A stretch of 64,000 nt of DNA. Origin: Schmidtea polychroa. Lineage: Eukaryota. Positions 13,480-27,599 of this stretch are shown here, piece after piece. Location: contig CM097886.1 in NCBI GenBank assembly GCA_044892525.1, positions 120,032,001 through 120,096,000 of the forward strand, read 5' to 3'. Positions within the stretch are counted from its first letter, which is position 1, and each line of letters starts with the position of its first letter. Position numbers and translations under genes: made by a program. The notes beneath the pieces were generated by a model, which was given only the letters and a program-made list of their open reading frames with translations, had not been told where the DNA came from and ran no database searches.

Positions 13480-14010
13480 TTTTCTATTATCTGTGAAAGT
13501 AAAAAACATACTTGTCCCTTATCGAGCGATTCAGATTCCAGTGATAGCGCTAGAAATATTCCAATAACTAATGAAACCATGAATCTATGGTCTAAGAAAG
13601 AAAATATTCCTATCATGGAAATTTTTATTGGAAATTGGAGTAAAGCAAATTCATGGTAATCATTCAAGCATTAATGAAGTCATCAGTTTGTCTTTTGGAA
13701 ATGATATTTTTGAAATGCATTCTCGTGAAACTATCTTATATAGACCTCAAAATGAAAGTAAGTGAAGGAACACGCTAGAACTGTAAATTGGAAGGTTTAG
13801 GTAAAAAAAAGGAAATCAAAAAATTATAGGCTAATTTTATCCTTATGGCACATGTATTGAAAAGATCATATTTAAGATTATTGCCCTTTAATCCATTCTT
13901 AGAAACTCCGATGTTATCAAAACGTATAAGCCGGAAGAGATTTGAGCAAATTTTACAATCGTTTCATTTCAATAATAATGCATTGAAAATAATTCCGAAG
14001 ATACCTACAT
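13480..14010 (+). pseudogene. piggyBac transposase relic
   Basis: Reads LETPMLSKRISRKRFEQILQSFHFNNN at ~13900-13980, matching the piggyBac S-R-x-RF-x-x-I-L-x-x-x-HF-x-D/N-N motif. An acidic SDSDSSD stretch lies upstream. Stops and frameshifts present. Confidence 0.75.
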
Positions 14011-16825
14011 AGTTTTTAATATTTAAATTAATAATTTGTTGATTTTAGATATTACAATTATTCAGTGATAATTGATTTAATANNNNNNNNNNNNNNNNNN
14101 NNNNNNNNNNNNNNNNNNNNNNNNNNNNNNNNNNNNNNNNNNNNNNNNNNNNNNNNNNNNNNNNNNNNNNNNNNNNNNNNNNNNNNNNNNNNNNNNNNNN
14201 NNNNNNNNNNNNNNNNNNNNNNNNNNNNNNNNNNNNNNNNNNNNNNNNNNNNNNNNNNNNNNNNNNNTTATTAAACAATAAATAATTTTGCTGCGAATAA
14301 TTTTTTCATTAAATACATTATTCGCTGCGAAAGGCTCAAATGATCACTTTATTGTATTAAATAATAAATGCTGCTACCAAGAAATCATTACTTTATATTA
14401 TTATTATTATAAGTAAAATTTTTTAAAATATAAAATTTAATAATTTAAGCAAATTTTTTAATATTTTCGTCGATAGACAAATCTGATAATCTCAGCCTTT
14501 TTTAATGCTTTTATTCTAATACAATTTTTTTTAATGTTGAAATTGAATTAATTTCCAATTAAAACAAAAATGAGAATAAAGCATTTGTCAAGATGATTAA
14601 AATTTCTAATTTTTCTTTTTGCAGAGTTTATCAATTAATTTGTTGAAATTTCAAAATTATTGAAGAACTGTAATGAATTAAAATTAATTAAGTTTCTCAT
14701 TTTATTGATTTTTGGATATAATTTGTGTTGTTTCTATTTCCCCCTTTGCGTTTCAGATCTATTTATATAATATTTCAATTATCTAAGAATATTTCAATTA
14801 CCAAATTAACCTCGGGTATTTTAATCCCCATGAAATAATTTACCGTCAACAGTTTAAAATTATTCTTGTTGGTTTTTATACCATAATCGAATTTATTTAG
14901 TGGGTTGCAGGTAATTCACATTTTACCTTTTCATGCCGTTTTTTGCGCATCCCATGATAGGATTTGATTTTACCACTCGGCACCCGCTGCGTGAACAACG
15001 TTGGTAATGTACAAAATAGGGGAATATCCGTGAAAAATGACCCCATTCTCGTGCAAAATAATCATAAGATATTCAAACGGGTCCGCGGACGAGCGATAGA
15101 AAGCATACGTCCGTTTTTACATTAGGTCCCAATTAATAACTTCTCTCAATCAATAATTCAAAAATCTATGAATTCAAGTATGATTACGATATATTTTATT
15201 TTACATTAAAAGAAATTTGAATTCTAAGGTCGCCTCATTCTGCTGCCTCAAATTGTCTAATTCTACTCCTTAATGCTCTTACTTCCAACTGGAGTTTCCC
15301 TACTTGTCTGGATATTGTATGTAACGGCTCGTTTCTTCTTCTCAGGTTCGCAGTATTCCTTATTTTGTGCTGGCATACCATTTCTTAACTCCTTGCTAGT
15401 TCTATCGGTTTGTAGGGAAATTCTCCACATTATACATGGATTGAGTCAAGGATAGCGGCTTACCAGTGGTTATCTCCAATTGCCGAATCATTTTCTTCAG
15501 AGCCCGAATTTTTACATGATCTTGAGTTGACTGTACTTGGAGCTGGGCCACCAATTATAACTGCCTCTTCATTACCGCGGGTTGGAACCACGTGACTTTC
15601 ATATTCCGGTATCTGTCCTTATTCTATTTCGATTTGTTGCATTGTGGCTTTTATATTCATCCTGAAACCTAGTATTTTTTCCATTGAATTGAAACAGACT
15701 AAATATATTATTTAATTGAAAATAATAGATCAAATCCGATGAGTTCCGAATTATTTCATATTTTATAATAATAATAATACAATAAAATGATAATTTAAGC
15801 CTTTTGCTGCAAATAATGTATTTAATGAAAAAATTTTCGACTATAAGATAGTCCTTGTCAATCTCCTGGAATTTAGCAATTTTCTTCCCAAAAATACCTT
15901 TCAATCTTTCTTTTATTTCCTTTCTCTTAATTATCATTGGTTGTAAATATAATATATACTTTCGTTTTATGAATTTCTTTATTAAATACTTTAAAATTTT
16001 ACTGAAAATTAAAATTAAAAATAAAATAAAATAAATACCATTTAAAACTCCAAAATGATACAAACTAAAAATTTTTCAATTTTTTTATACAGCTTCTATA
16101 ATTAGCTTCTAGAAGCCTAATAAAATATTTCAAAATATTCTAAATAAAGCCTCCAATAACTACTGAATGGGTATTTGAATTCTCTACCCATGGGTAAATT
16201 TGGTGGTCCCATAGTGATATTGTTAGATTGTAGAAAAACATTCAAATCTTGAATGACTAAAATGTTTAGTTCCAAATACAATATTAAATAACAATATTTC
16301 AGTAAATATCATCATAGTTGACATGGATAAATTATAAGAAGATTCAGAACAATTAAAGACTAAATGTGCTTCATTGAAAGACCTGTTGATGAAAGATTGG
16401 GTGGGAGATATTACCAGAAATTGAATTTACAATGAACACAGTCATTCAGAGTATTATTGACAGAGTATTCTATTTATAACACATATACGTGAATTATTGG
16501 TGTTATTAGATTATTTAGATTAATTATTCTTTTATATTACAATTATTTTCATAATTGAATATTTATCTAACAAAATTTATATGACATACTTTTGTAATTA
16601 AATAAATATTCTTATACAATGCTTTTGTATTTAATAATAATAATAATAATAATAATATTGAAATTTTTGAATTATGTAAAAATAATAAACGGAAAAATAT
16701 ATTTAAAAATTTAATAAATATATTTTTCATTTAATCGGCTATGAAAATCTTCTGAATAAGTTTCGGACATTTCAAAGCGCTGGATATTCTCAAAAATTCC
16801 TAATGTGAATAATTTTCTCCATTTA

Positions 16826-17110
16826 TTTTCCGGGAGATTTGAGAAGATTTATAAATAGCCTGAAAAAATCACCAATTTGATCAGTTGATTGAGAAAATTA
16901 ATTAATTGTAATTTTGTCTTATAAAAATACTTAATATTAAATTAATGAAATATAAATAAATTTGTTATTTTCCGGGAGATTTGAGAAGATTTATAAATAG
17001 CCTGAAAAAATCACCAATTTGATCAGTTGATTAAGAAAATTAATTAATTGTAATTTTGTCTTATAAAAATACTTAATATTAAATTAATGAAATATAAATA
17101 AATTTGTTAT
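16826..17110. repeat. Two-copy tandem duplication, 142-bp period
   Basis: CCGGGAGATTTGAGAAGATTTATAAATAGCC...AATTTGTTAT occurs twice (CGGG at 16831 and 16973), nearly identical. Confidence 0.9.
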
Positions 17111-17879
17111 TTTTAATAAAAACTAAATAAAATAAATATTTAAAATTATGTTGGTAATTTATAATTTAATTTAGACTTTTTATCAAATTTGTGTTTATGT
17201 TAATTCAGTCATGTTAAAGAAAATACCTTAATTCGTCAAAATAAAAGTTGTTTAAATATTCATTTTTACAACTATCAGATCTTGAAATTAAATAAACTTT
17301 ATAATGATATTTTTAACATTTATATTATAAAGGCTCATGTCACTCACTCACTCACTGATTCTGTAACGCTCAATGCTTATTATGAATATTATCAACATCA
17401 TCAGCAATCAATATTAATTATTCTTTTATCGGTTACAATTATCAATCTGTAAGTATTTGTGATTTAAATTTATCTACCCACTGATTCGAACGCATGCAAT
17501 AAAATTCACGTGAAGGACTTGGGATTTTGAAAGTAAAGTTTTACATGTTTATTATTTGCTTCGTTTATGTAGTCATTTGAAATTTCAAAAATCGGCCATG
17601 AAATCCAATGGGAAAAAACTAAAAAAAGCAAAACTTTTTAAACATTATGCATCCGGACTACTGAGGATTCACTGACCATTTAGGGTGGACCATAACACAG
17701 GATTTGGATTTGCGTATTTCTTCTAGTTCCTTGTTTTGAATATCCTGTTGTTTTTGTGTAATAATTTTCAAAAGTCGCATTTATGAATTAGTTAAAATAC
17801 TTTTAAATACAAACAAACTGTAGAAAATTATGCATTGGTGTTGGTTTATTGAAACTATTATTAGTCGTCCATTATTCCA

Positions 17880-18888
17880 TGTTGGGGTCACCTTTTTTTA
17901 TTTGTTATATTTCGTCATTTTATCTGTTATAGATTCTATACAAGATTTCTCTTTCGTAAACTTTAACTATAAGATCCTACTTTATTGTTGAGGATACCTA
18001 AATAATAATTTATTAATAAATAAATAAAATTACTTGGAAGAAAATCGTCAAGACAAACAGGACAATCTATGGGAACACGGAGAAGGAAACGGAAGTAAAA
18101 AGAAGCAAGAGATGAGAAAGATTAATCAAACAAGAAATTAAAACAATGATCATCATTAATTAACAAGTACAAAAGGGGAAAAAGGAATTTCAAATTCCAA
18201 AAACAAATCGGGAAAAAAATTTATATCTTGACAGTTTGTCACAGATATCGAAATTCCAAGAAAAATTGGCCTAACAGAAAAAAGGGAAAAGCAAGGCATA
18301 TCTCGATATCTTTCAGAGATAAGGTAGGGACAGTGAAAAATGCGGGAAGGAGAAAAATTGAAAACAAAACTATCTCAAGTAGTCCAAATGTAACGAACTA
18401 TAAAAAGTGGAAGACACAGAAACCAGACAGAGTTAGAATAGAGTCAGAAAAGAATTAAAAGGGGATAAATAAGAGTTAAAAGGAGTTAAAAGGATAAAAA
18501 GTTGAATAAAAAGAGTTTAGAATTAAGAAGAGATATTTGATTGAGAGGATAACGAGAATCTTTGTAAACCTAAGATAAAAGTGAAAAAGAAGTGAATAAT
18601 TGTGGTCAAACCAATAGAGCAATCGAGTAACGTATTTCTGTGATTAAATTGATTGGCGATTAGTGATTATTATTGTTGTTGGCGAATTGTACACGGAGAC
18701 CTATTCTTCGCGTAGTAACGAAATAAGCTCTGAATTAGAGTTGATTGGCTGTAATTACAACTTTTACAATCTATTGTGATTATTAATAAAGGTTCGAATT
18801 TGTAAATTTATGAATTGATAAAACACGCTTGGAGTCAGAGACGTAATTGTTGAATTTATAACTCATCACCGATCCAATAAACCCAACA
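17880..18888 (+). mobile_element. LTR (solo or orphaned), ~1.0 kb
   Basis: Starts TGTTGGGGTC, like the minus-strand start of the 33177-34269 LTR (TGTTGGGGTTC), and ends CCCAACA. GGAGTCAG lies 50 nt from the end. No matching TSD (TCCA vs ATAT). Confidence 0.65.
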
Positions 18889-21800
18889 ATATAATAAAAA
18901 GAAGTTTTGTCTTCAATCTTTACTTAGAAACCGCTGGAAAAATTGATGATTGCTTCATTGACGTCTTTGATAGATTTTGTAAGATTGCTTTATTCATTAA
19001 ACACTTTTATTTATATGCTTTATTGTGTCGTTGATAATTTTGTCGCTAACATATTATCTTCCTCTTTCATAAACTTGAATTTCAAAAACAAATATAACAT
19101 TTTTTCTGGTATTTGAGGAACATAATAACTGGATTCAAATCCATTGTTTAATTACAGTTTTTTATTATAGACAATTAAAATTAACTTATCTGTAAAAAAA
19201 ATAAAAATAAATTACAATTTATTAGTATCAATTATAAGATACCGATTGAAAAATTATGTTATAAATTTCCTTATACTTTTAAACTTTCATATTTTAAAAA
19301 TGTAATAATTTTAAATATTTTAAACTTATTTTTAAATAAATAATTAAACATACATGGCAATGAATTGAATTTAGTCTTATAATGTAATAATGCACCGAAT
19401 TCTATAAAAATCTTGGAAATAACATGAAATTAAAATGAAAATTTTACTCTGGTCTCTGTTTTTCTTAGTTTNNNNNNNNNNNNNNNNNNNNNNNNNNNNN
19501 NNNNNNNNNNNNNNNNNNNNNNNNNNNNNNNNNNNNNNNNNNNNNNNNNNNNNNNNNNNNNNNNNNNNNNNNNNNNNNNNNNNNNNNNNNNNNNNNNNNN
19601 NNNNNNNNNNNNNNNNNNNNNNNNNNNNNNNNNNNNNNNNNNNNNNNNNNNNNNNNNNNNNNNNNNNNNNNNNNNNNNNNNNNNNNNNNNNNNNNNNNNN
19701 NNNNNNNNNNNNNNNNNNNNNNNNNNNNNNNNNNNNNNNNNNNNNNNNNNNNNNNNNNNNNNNNNNNNNNNNNNNNNNNNNNNNNNNNNNNNNNNNNNNN
19801 NNNNNNNNNNNNNNNNNNNNNNNNNNNNNNNNNCAGTAAGAGAACACCATTTCAAGCTGCACCCGACAAAAGTTTCAGAATTCACTAACAGTTCCACGAG
19901 TTCGAAAGACAATTCAACATGGTGGCTTCCATAAAACTGGAAAATGTGAAATTAACGAGAGATTTTCGTTAGATTAAATTATATCAACTGCTGCTTCCTC
20001 CTTGATTGTTGAGATATGAGAGTAATACAGAAATTCATTTGATTTCAATAAACGAATAATTAGATTTACTGTCGCGCTTTCCTTTTTGTTTGAATATGGC
20101 GAGATTCGGCCTAGAGTTGGATTGGAGGGGGTGACAAAAGTGAAAGACTTTTCGATATTTATTTAGATTTTTTTAGATTTTGTTTAAATACTTTTTTGAC
20201 TTGTTAGAAATTGTGTCGGACTTCAGATGTTCTAATTTATTGGAGTGTGAAATATTTTTATACTTGTATTTATTTATTTTCAAACCAATGAGCAACCAAG
20301 AGGTCGTAAAGGAGGAATTTATTTTGAGCTAAACCAAAGATATTCACTTCAAAAGATGTAGAAGATATAATTTGTATTGGGGGATACGTGGTACGTTTAA
20401 GAAATCCCTGACCTGAGATGGAAAGACAAATAGAAGAACTTTTATTTTTTATATACGTGAAGGTAAACATTACTTTTTCATGTTATACCTATTCTGTTCC
20501 ACACATTTCTGTCAGTGCTGTTGAAGTTTTAGAAATGAATTTTTGAGGAAATCTGGAGTACATTTCACGAAGAACGTCTAGATCGCGCGCTCTAAATCCT
20601 CGCCGCTTGTGAATGATTTCCATTTTAATTGTTTCTTTAAATTTGGAAGAGATACTAGTCCCTGGGTACAAGATTAGAACTATAAGGAAGGTGATCAAGA
20701 ATCGCTAAGCTTGCTCAATTTTGACCTAGGAAATGTCTAATTTATGAAAAGGCGCATTGCGATGTTTTCTTCATTCATTTTAGGTATAAGAAAAAGTTTG
20801 CACTAGTACTTGAAAATAATTTTAACTGACTTTTCAACGAATTCCTTTTACACAAGGCTTTTGGTATTTCGCAAAATGGAAGACATGAGGATAAATTAGT
20901 AAAAAGTCCCTAATTTTGTCTTGACTGACGACTTCTCAGTCATATATATTTGCTAAATTGGATCTCATCCTATGTGAAAATATTCAACAAAAACTTTCTT
21001 TATACTGCTTCATGTTCGATGTTGTTTTCTCAGAAGATACGATAGTTTTCAATGATTTCAAAAGAGGATAAACAAGATACCATGTCACCGCTGGACGAAC
21101 AATAATATAGAAAATGTGATATATTATGGGGTAACCTATATTTTAATTTAGAAACTTTGAAGCTCATTTCTATGGAAACTAATAATTTTTGTATTACACA
21201 CCATATATATTCGTGACCTACATAAAACTTTGAGTCAACGTAGATATTTCCCAGGGGAGGTTGGTTCAGCGGTGACACTTCCATCTACTAGCTAAGAATC
21301 ATGAATTCAATTTTAGCATACAGAAGGCCTTCAATCGCAAATCCACACTTCCCAAGCGGAGTTTGAAAGCATTGGGTAACTTGCAATACTTCATTAATAC
21401 TTTGACCACATTGTCAGAAATTTCCTGTGGTTGAACTTCTCTATCAAAATCAAAATCACCTCTGAATATATTTTCCTAGTTATCACAGTTGTTAAGATGG
21501 ATCACCATTCTGATAGACTAAAACTACTAGGGAATTTCACTAGTGTTACACTGATAAATAAAAACATAAAATTAAACAAACTTCATTTTCTAAACCTATA
21601 CCTACTTCACTATTACTACCAAACTAATAATATTGCAAAAACATAAGTTTAACTTAACGCATTATATTTAGAGTATCATTCCTAATACTTAATGTAATAG
21701 TTACAAACTTAGTTTTGCCGTTTCTGAATTTTGTCAAATTTAACCAAATTGATATTTTGCTTTCCACCATTTCTAAATTCAATCTACTGTAAGCAGAAAA

Positions 21801-22969
21801 ACGTGGACACCGCCCGATGTATCTACAAATATTTATTACTGGCATCTAGTTCGATTTATTGGATTGATCTATTCCAATCTATTCACACTCATTCACTCAT
21901 CAAAATTGCAAACAAAATTACACACGACATTAAGTTATTTGCGCGTTAGTAAATTGTAAACCTCTAAAAATCACAAAGGCTTCATCTAAGTGTGACGTGC
22001 AAATTATATATCTAAAGCCCGTTCAATTTGAATATGGTGTATTAGCTAAATGCTATTGTTCTTTTATTCTTTTATTCTTTTATTTACGATTTATTTATTT
22101 TTTTACGAATATGTGAATTCAGCTGATTCAGTCAGTAATTTAACTCTTGAAAAAGGAAGTATGAGAACTAAATGCAAATAAATTAAATCATCAATTAAAA
22201 CAAATGAAAGGTGAAGATGGAAATAAAGATAAATAACTTTAGTGATAGTAATCATAGGCGTAACCCAAGGACTAAGGCGTTTAAATACGTTGAATCAGTT
22301 TAATACTTCGAAACGTTAACATAATGTAAAACTTCTAGAAACTAGAAACCACAAAAGATCTCAGTTTTTGTCCGGAATAACAGCTGCCTACAAATAGATT
22401 GTTCCGATTCTTTACAAGTTTGATCTCCTTTCCAATTTACGACCACAAACAAAGAAATGTGGATGTTTAGCCATTGAAACAATTGTTTGAAATAAATATA
22501 TAATGAGGGTTAATGAACGCACTTGAACCCATCTCATTAGTTGATATCGGGTATGAGACTATGGTATTAGCACTACCAGATTACATCATTCAACCCGAGG
22601 CCAGCATTTCTTTCTCTCGGAAGATTTACTGAAAATCTATCAACAGACTTCATGTATTGTCCTGAATGGTTGGCATCATTTCTTTCAGTGACACCAATGA
22701 AACATATGCTTATAATGATATCTTATTTTCGCTCAATATATTTCATTCCTGCAAGGAATTCTTTAATCAACCAAATGGGAAACGCTTAACACCTCCCCTT
22801 TATAAATTGTCATTTGAAAATGCTAATTAAAACAAAATATTTAATAATTATACAATATTGAAATTATAAAAGTATCGTTCTGATTGGTTGAGTATTTCTT
22901 CAAATCAACTCTTAATTACTTCGAGCTTCTTTGTTAGTTCTTGGGTAATCTCGAATCTTGAAAACGAAA

Positions 22970-23944
22970 ATGTATTTCATCAGTTCGTTGAACTTGACCC
23001 TTCTTGGGTTTGGATTTGTCCTCGATTTGGTCATGTTGAAACTCTATCGGACAACAAAACTCCATCTAACGGATTGTATAAGTTTGATTGGATTTTTGAT
23101 AGTGTTGTCGGATCTATTTCAGTGTGGTTCTTTGATGATTCTCAATCAGATCAATTCGATCTTGAGTTGTAAGTTATTGGTTTATATCCAGTATTCCTGT
23201 AGTTCCGGTTGCATTGTCTCGGTGATAACGTTGATGGGGATGCTCACTTATGACACCAATTCTGGCGGGTCAGCCGCCAGTAGTGTATTTCTTACTCCAG
23301 CATTAATATGGTTTGGGATTCTGGCAGGGAATGTTTGGTTAGCAATAGCGTACAAGTGCATGAATTATATCCCATTAATTCTGATATCTGAGAAAGTCTA
23401 TGATGAGTATTTCATAATAGCTCACACGTGTATCATGATTGTTTTACCGCACTTGGTTTGGACATATCTTTTGTATAAGCAATGGAAACAGTTTATATTC
23501 CTCAACATTTCGAGAGTCAAACAATTGATAATACTTTATTTTATTTACACGATTTTGGTCATTCCAAACTTTCTGTGGGTGATTTTGTTTCATATTTTTC
23601 ACAATCAAATCTACATTTCAGTAGTAAAACAAATCGTCAATTCTCTCTATTATTTCCAATTGTTTATCAAGCCGGCTGTGTTCATTCTAATGAACAAAAG
23701 AATCCGACAACGGTTCAGGAAGTTTCGGCAATCCGTGGAGCACATTGATGTCCCGAATATTCTTATAGATCAGTCATCAATTGACTCGATTTCTTCAATC
23801 AAACCCAGAGAAAGATTGGAGAGTAACATATCAATGGATTCAAGAAATTATTTCCTTACTCTACCTTCGTGGAGATATGAGATGAATAAAATAGATAACA
23901 GTAATGTTAATAGTAATGACAATTATAGTAACAGGATGAAATGA
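22970..23944 (+). CDS. Intronless orphan rhodopsin-like (class A-like) 7TM receptor
   Basis: 324 aa from ATG 22970 with seven hydrophobic helices. Motifs: TM2 LSDLF, Cys at the top of TM3 (SCKLL), TM4 Trp, TM5 VLP..Y, TM6 Pro (LVIP), TM7 KPAVF plus a helix-8-like NKRIRQRF, and a Ser-rich tail. Confidence 0.8.
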   Translation: MYFISSLNLTLLGFGFVLDLVMLKLYRTTKLHLTDCISLIGFLIVLSDLFQCGSLMILNQINSILSCKLLVYIQYSCSSGCIVSVITLMGMLTYDTNSGGSAASSVFLTPALIWFGILAGNVWLAIAYKCMNYIPLILISEKVYDEYFIIAHTCIMIVLPHLVWTYLLYKQWKQFIFLNISRVKQLIILYFIYTILVIPNFLWVILFHIFHNQIYISVVKQIVNSLYYFQLFIKPAVFILMNKRIRQRFRKFRQSVEHIDVPNILIDQSSIDSISSIKPRERLESNISMDSRNYFLTLPSWRYEMNKIDNSNVNSNDNYSNRMK

Positions 23945-24399
23945 TTTTTTTTACTATTTTCCCTGCTGTTATATTGGGTGGTCTGTCTAGATAAAGTAGA
24001 GGAAACCAAATGATTTTGATCAGGCAAATGAATTTTTCTTTTGTGAAAAAAATCTCATTTAGTTAAAATAAAATTCGACTGTCCATCATTTCTTTCTTCT
24101 TGCACTTATTTCATATATTAATTATGACAGTAGATTAAATGCATTTTAGAGTGCATCTTGAAGGGAAAATTAATTCATTTAAAAAAAATATTTCCTTAAA
24201 CTTCATGCATAACAATAAATTAATTNNNNNNNNNNNNNNNNNNNNNNNNNNNNNNNNNNNNNNNNNNNNNNNNNNNNNNNNNNNNNNNNNNNNNNNNNNN
24301 NNNNNNNNNNNNNNNNNNNNNNNNNNNNNNNNNNNNNNNNNNNNNNNNNNNNNNNNNNNNNNNNNNNNNNNNNNNNTAATTTATTCAAATAAATATCAG

Positions 24400-25320
24400 A
24401 ATAACATATATATATTTTACAATACATTTCTACAGCTAGACTGTCATAACCAGACACTAAACAATTTCAATATAAACGATTATACTTATAGATTTACCAG
24501 TAATTACATAATTATTTATGCGGAATTCAATAAAATATATAATTAATATTAAAATTCATTAAACACTCTGAAAATACATGTGGTTAATACATTTTGAATG
24601 TTGATTTTTGGGTTGAATGGTTTCGTCACCAAGGCTTCACAAGTAATACGTTCAAAATAATTTTTGAAATCCTCAGATAATATTTTAAAATTGAAAATGT
24701 CTATTCTAAACTTCCAAGTCTTATTATGTTCAATAATATTCCTATTTCCGCTCAATAGGGCATACTTTCGAACTCATATACAGAGATAACGGGCAGATGG
24801 AAAAGGTATATGGCATTACACAATATACAAAATCTGAACATAAACAAAAATGTGTCACAGATTTATAACTTAATATATCACTAACTTTACAAGACTTTGA
24901 AATAATTTTAACACTCACACTTCCAATATTAAAAAAAAATTTAAACCCTCAGAAATCGGTAAAACTATAATGGAACCAACTGCAGACAAATCACTTTCAC
25001 TCATTTTATCAGTTTATCATTATTTATTTCGGTATTAATCAAAAGCATGCGCGTAGTGGAATTTAATGGATCAATGCCAAGTAAAATTATATCATCAATT
25101 TCATTCAACTTATCAAAACTTTTCACATACCATTCGCTGTACTAAAGACTTGGAATATCCATTATTGTGATATAACTTAATAAATTTATCTATACTATTA
25201 ATATATCTACAATAAATTGTCGGTAATATCCAAAAACGATACACCAAGCCTCTTATTATATTTCTTTTATATTTAAATTGAAATTTTATATTAATATTCA
25301 AAACCAAGAAATCATCATTT
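24400..25320 (-). mobile_element. Penelope-like element relic (RT C-terminus, GIY-YIG end, pLTR)
   Basis: KRNIIRGLVYR...IDKFIKLYHNNGYSKSLV matches the PLE RT thumb region. FKIL...RITCEALVTKPFNPKINIQ matches the PLE GIY-YIG C-terminus. Frames are broken. Confidence 0.75.
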
Positions 25321-25621
25321 TATACATTTATCAAAATATTTCAATATATAAAACATATTTATTTAAAAATTTTTCATTAATAAAACTTCTTTTTTAAAAA
25401 GCTATTTTAATTTTTCAAAAATTTCAACTTAAAAAATCCATTTTAAAAATTATTTAAAAGTTATTTTAATAGTCAAATATTTACAATTTAAAATTATTTT
25501 GATAAATCATTGAAATATTTAACTCTCAGCTGAAAACACCTCACACTCTATTGAGTGGAAATAATAATATTATTCGGCATAATTAACCTTGCAAGTTAAA
25601 AATAGACTTTTTCAATTTAAA

Positions 25622-25860
25622 AAAAAATTATTGGGAACGTATTACTTGTAAAGCGTTGGTGATAAAATCATTCAACCCAAAAATCAACATTCAAAATGTA
25701 TTAACTACATGTATTTTCAGAGTGTTTAATTGATTTTATTATTATGAAAATTTTTATTGGATTCCACAATATAATTAAATCTATAAATATAATAGTTTTT
25801 ATTGAAATTGTTTAGTCCCTGACAGTCGAGCTGTCGGAATATATTGCAAAAATATATTTT
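25622..25860 (+). mobile_element. Inverted copy of the Penelope 3' end (inverted pLTR)
   Basis: Reverse complement of ~24400-24666, roughly 85-90% identical by eye. Confidence 0.75.
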
Positions 25861-25880
25861 AAAATATGGAGTTCTCTAAT

Positions 25881-25944
<64 letters not shown>

Positions 25945-25965
25945 TACTATTATTATTATTATTGT
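25881..25965. repeat. (ATT)n microsatellite (another at ~55627-55668)
   Basis: Direct reading. Confidence 0.95.
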
Positions 25966-27599
25966 CATTATTAGAGTTAATCATAATTGAAAAAACAAAA
26001 TGAAAAATTCAGATTTATTGAAGGGATGAAAGATTTCAGTTTGCATCAATTTGCCTCCGGCATCTCGTTTTCCTGTTTTAGAACACAAATTTTAACGATA
26101 TTTCAATATAAATAAATATTTAAAAAATAAATTTTGACTTATAATTCTAAAAACTTTTGACCAGGCATTTAATTTGACTGGTAGGTACCCAAAACTGATA
26201 CAGCTGGAGTCAAGTAATACAAACATGAAAATTGTAATTGCATAAAAAGTAAAGTCTGATTTTGGTCTAAATCTCTAAGAATATTTTTACGCAAGAAACT
26301 GACAATACTTTACCGTCCTTTACCAAGATTCGATGAAAGAAGTCAAGACTTAAGTAATTATTCAAACATAAGTTTTTGCTCTTCATACTGCACAAAGTTA
26401 AAATATATTTTATTGAACATGTCAAATTGTAAAGTTGATAATTTTAAACAGTTATGAAAAGTAATGCATAACCTTCTATGTACCAAGGACCCTTATAATT
26501 AGTGACTTTGTATTAAAAAATCCTTGAACCAGATTTGTTAATGTAAATACATCAGAGCGAATGGGTCCACCAAGTGGCACTTTTGGTCTTTCATTGTGAA
26601 TTTCATTCTGTTATGGAACTAGATTATTTATTCAAATTTTTTTCCGCATTTAATTGAAATTTTGTGACAATAATTTATTAATTTGAAAACGTTCCTATTT
26701 TCTATCAATTAATGTGAGGCGAAACAAATCACAAATTAATTTGTAAAATCAGAAAATAATCTGATTATTCTAATTTTTCATTCTTGTTTTTTTTCGGAAT
26801 TAAATGGATTTTGTTTGAATTAATAAAATATTAATTTTTGTGAGAATTTAAATTAATATCGTCAAAAAAATAAAAAATCGATATGAATGATTTTTGTTAC
26901 TTATAGCACTGGATTCATTAAGTTTTGTCATGCTTATCACCATATCGACTGTCATGCTTCACTGGTTTCCGCAAAGAATAATTGACTATTCACATTTGTT
27001 GATAGAAATTTATAAAGTGCTTTTTTGATGGAAAATAATTCTAGAATTTCAGTAGTGATGAAGTATCTGATGAAAATGATTTAACAGGTTGAGTGACAAT
27101 CAAGAATGAGCTGAAATTGCCCAGGCTAGAATAACATATATGTCCAATACAATGTGCATGATTTGATGCAAATATAAAAAGATAAATAAAGATTATGCCC
27201 AAATTAGAAATATAATATACATTACATAGGTGGTAAGTCCAACGTTTTATCATTAATATTAACGTTCAGATTAGTGTAATTTCTAATTCAGCGCTATAGA
27301 AAGTAAAAAAATATGTTGGATTTATTACTTCAAAGGTTCGATTTAAATTATTTATTATCCAAATATTTTAGTTCTTAGGAACTCTACTTTTTTCATATTG
27401 AACCAACGAATTACGGTAACACGGAAAGGTTTTATGCACAAAAGTAAAATCCATGCGAGCCACTTATTCACCATTCAAATAAATAAGACTTTGAAATTGA
27501 ACATTAAATTTACTATCTTCATTATCAAGAAAAATTAGAGGACTATTACTAGGTAAAATCATATAAAAACTAGTTTTCTTTCATAATATCTATTTAATC

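Noticed and set aside
15230-16063. Minus-strand fragments with two similar coiled-coil-like motifs (KIRALKKMIRQLE / EVRALRSRIRQFE)
   Set aside because: Interrupted by stops and not assignable to a family; probably a decayed repeat ORF.
20270-21950. Several short, moderately GC-rich minus-strand ORFs that might be exons
   Set aside because: I could not assemble a consistent splice chain or recognise a domain; needs RNA-seq.
12419-24546. ORF-track entries spanning N runs (12419-12930, 14045-14278, 19377-19912, 24139-24546)
   Set aside because: Artefacts of assembly gaps.
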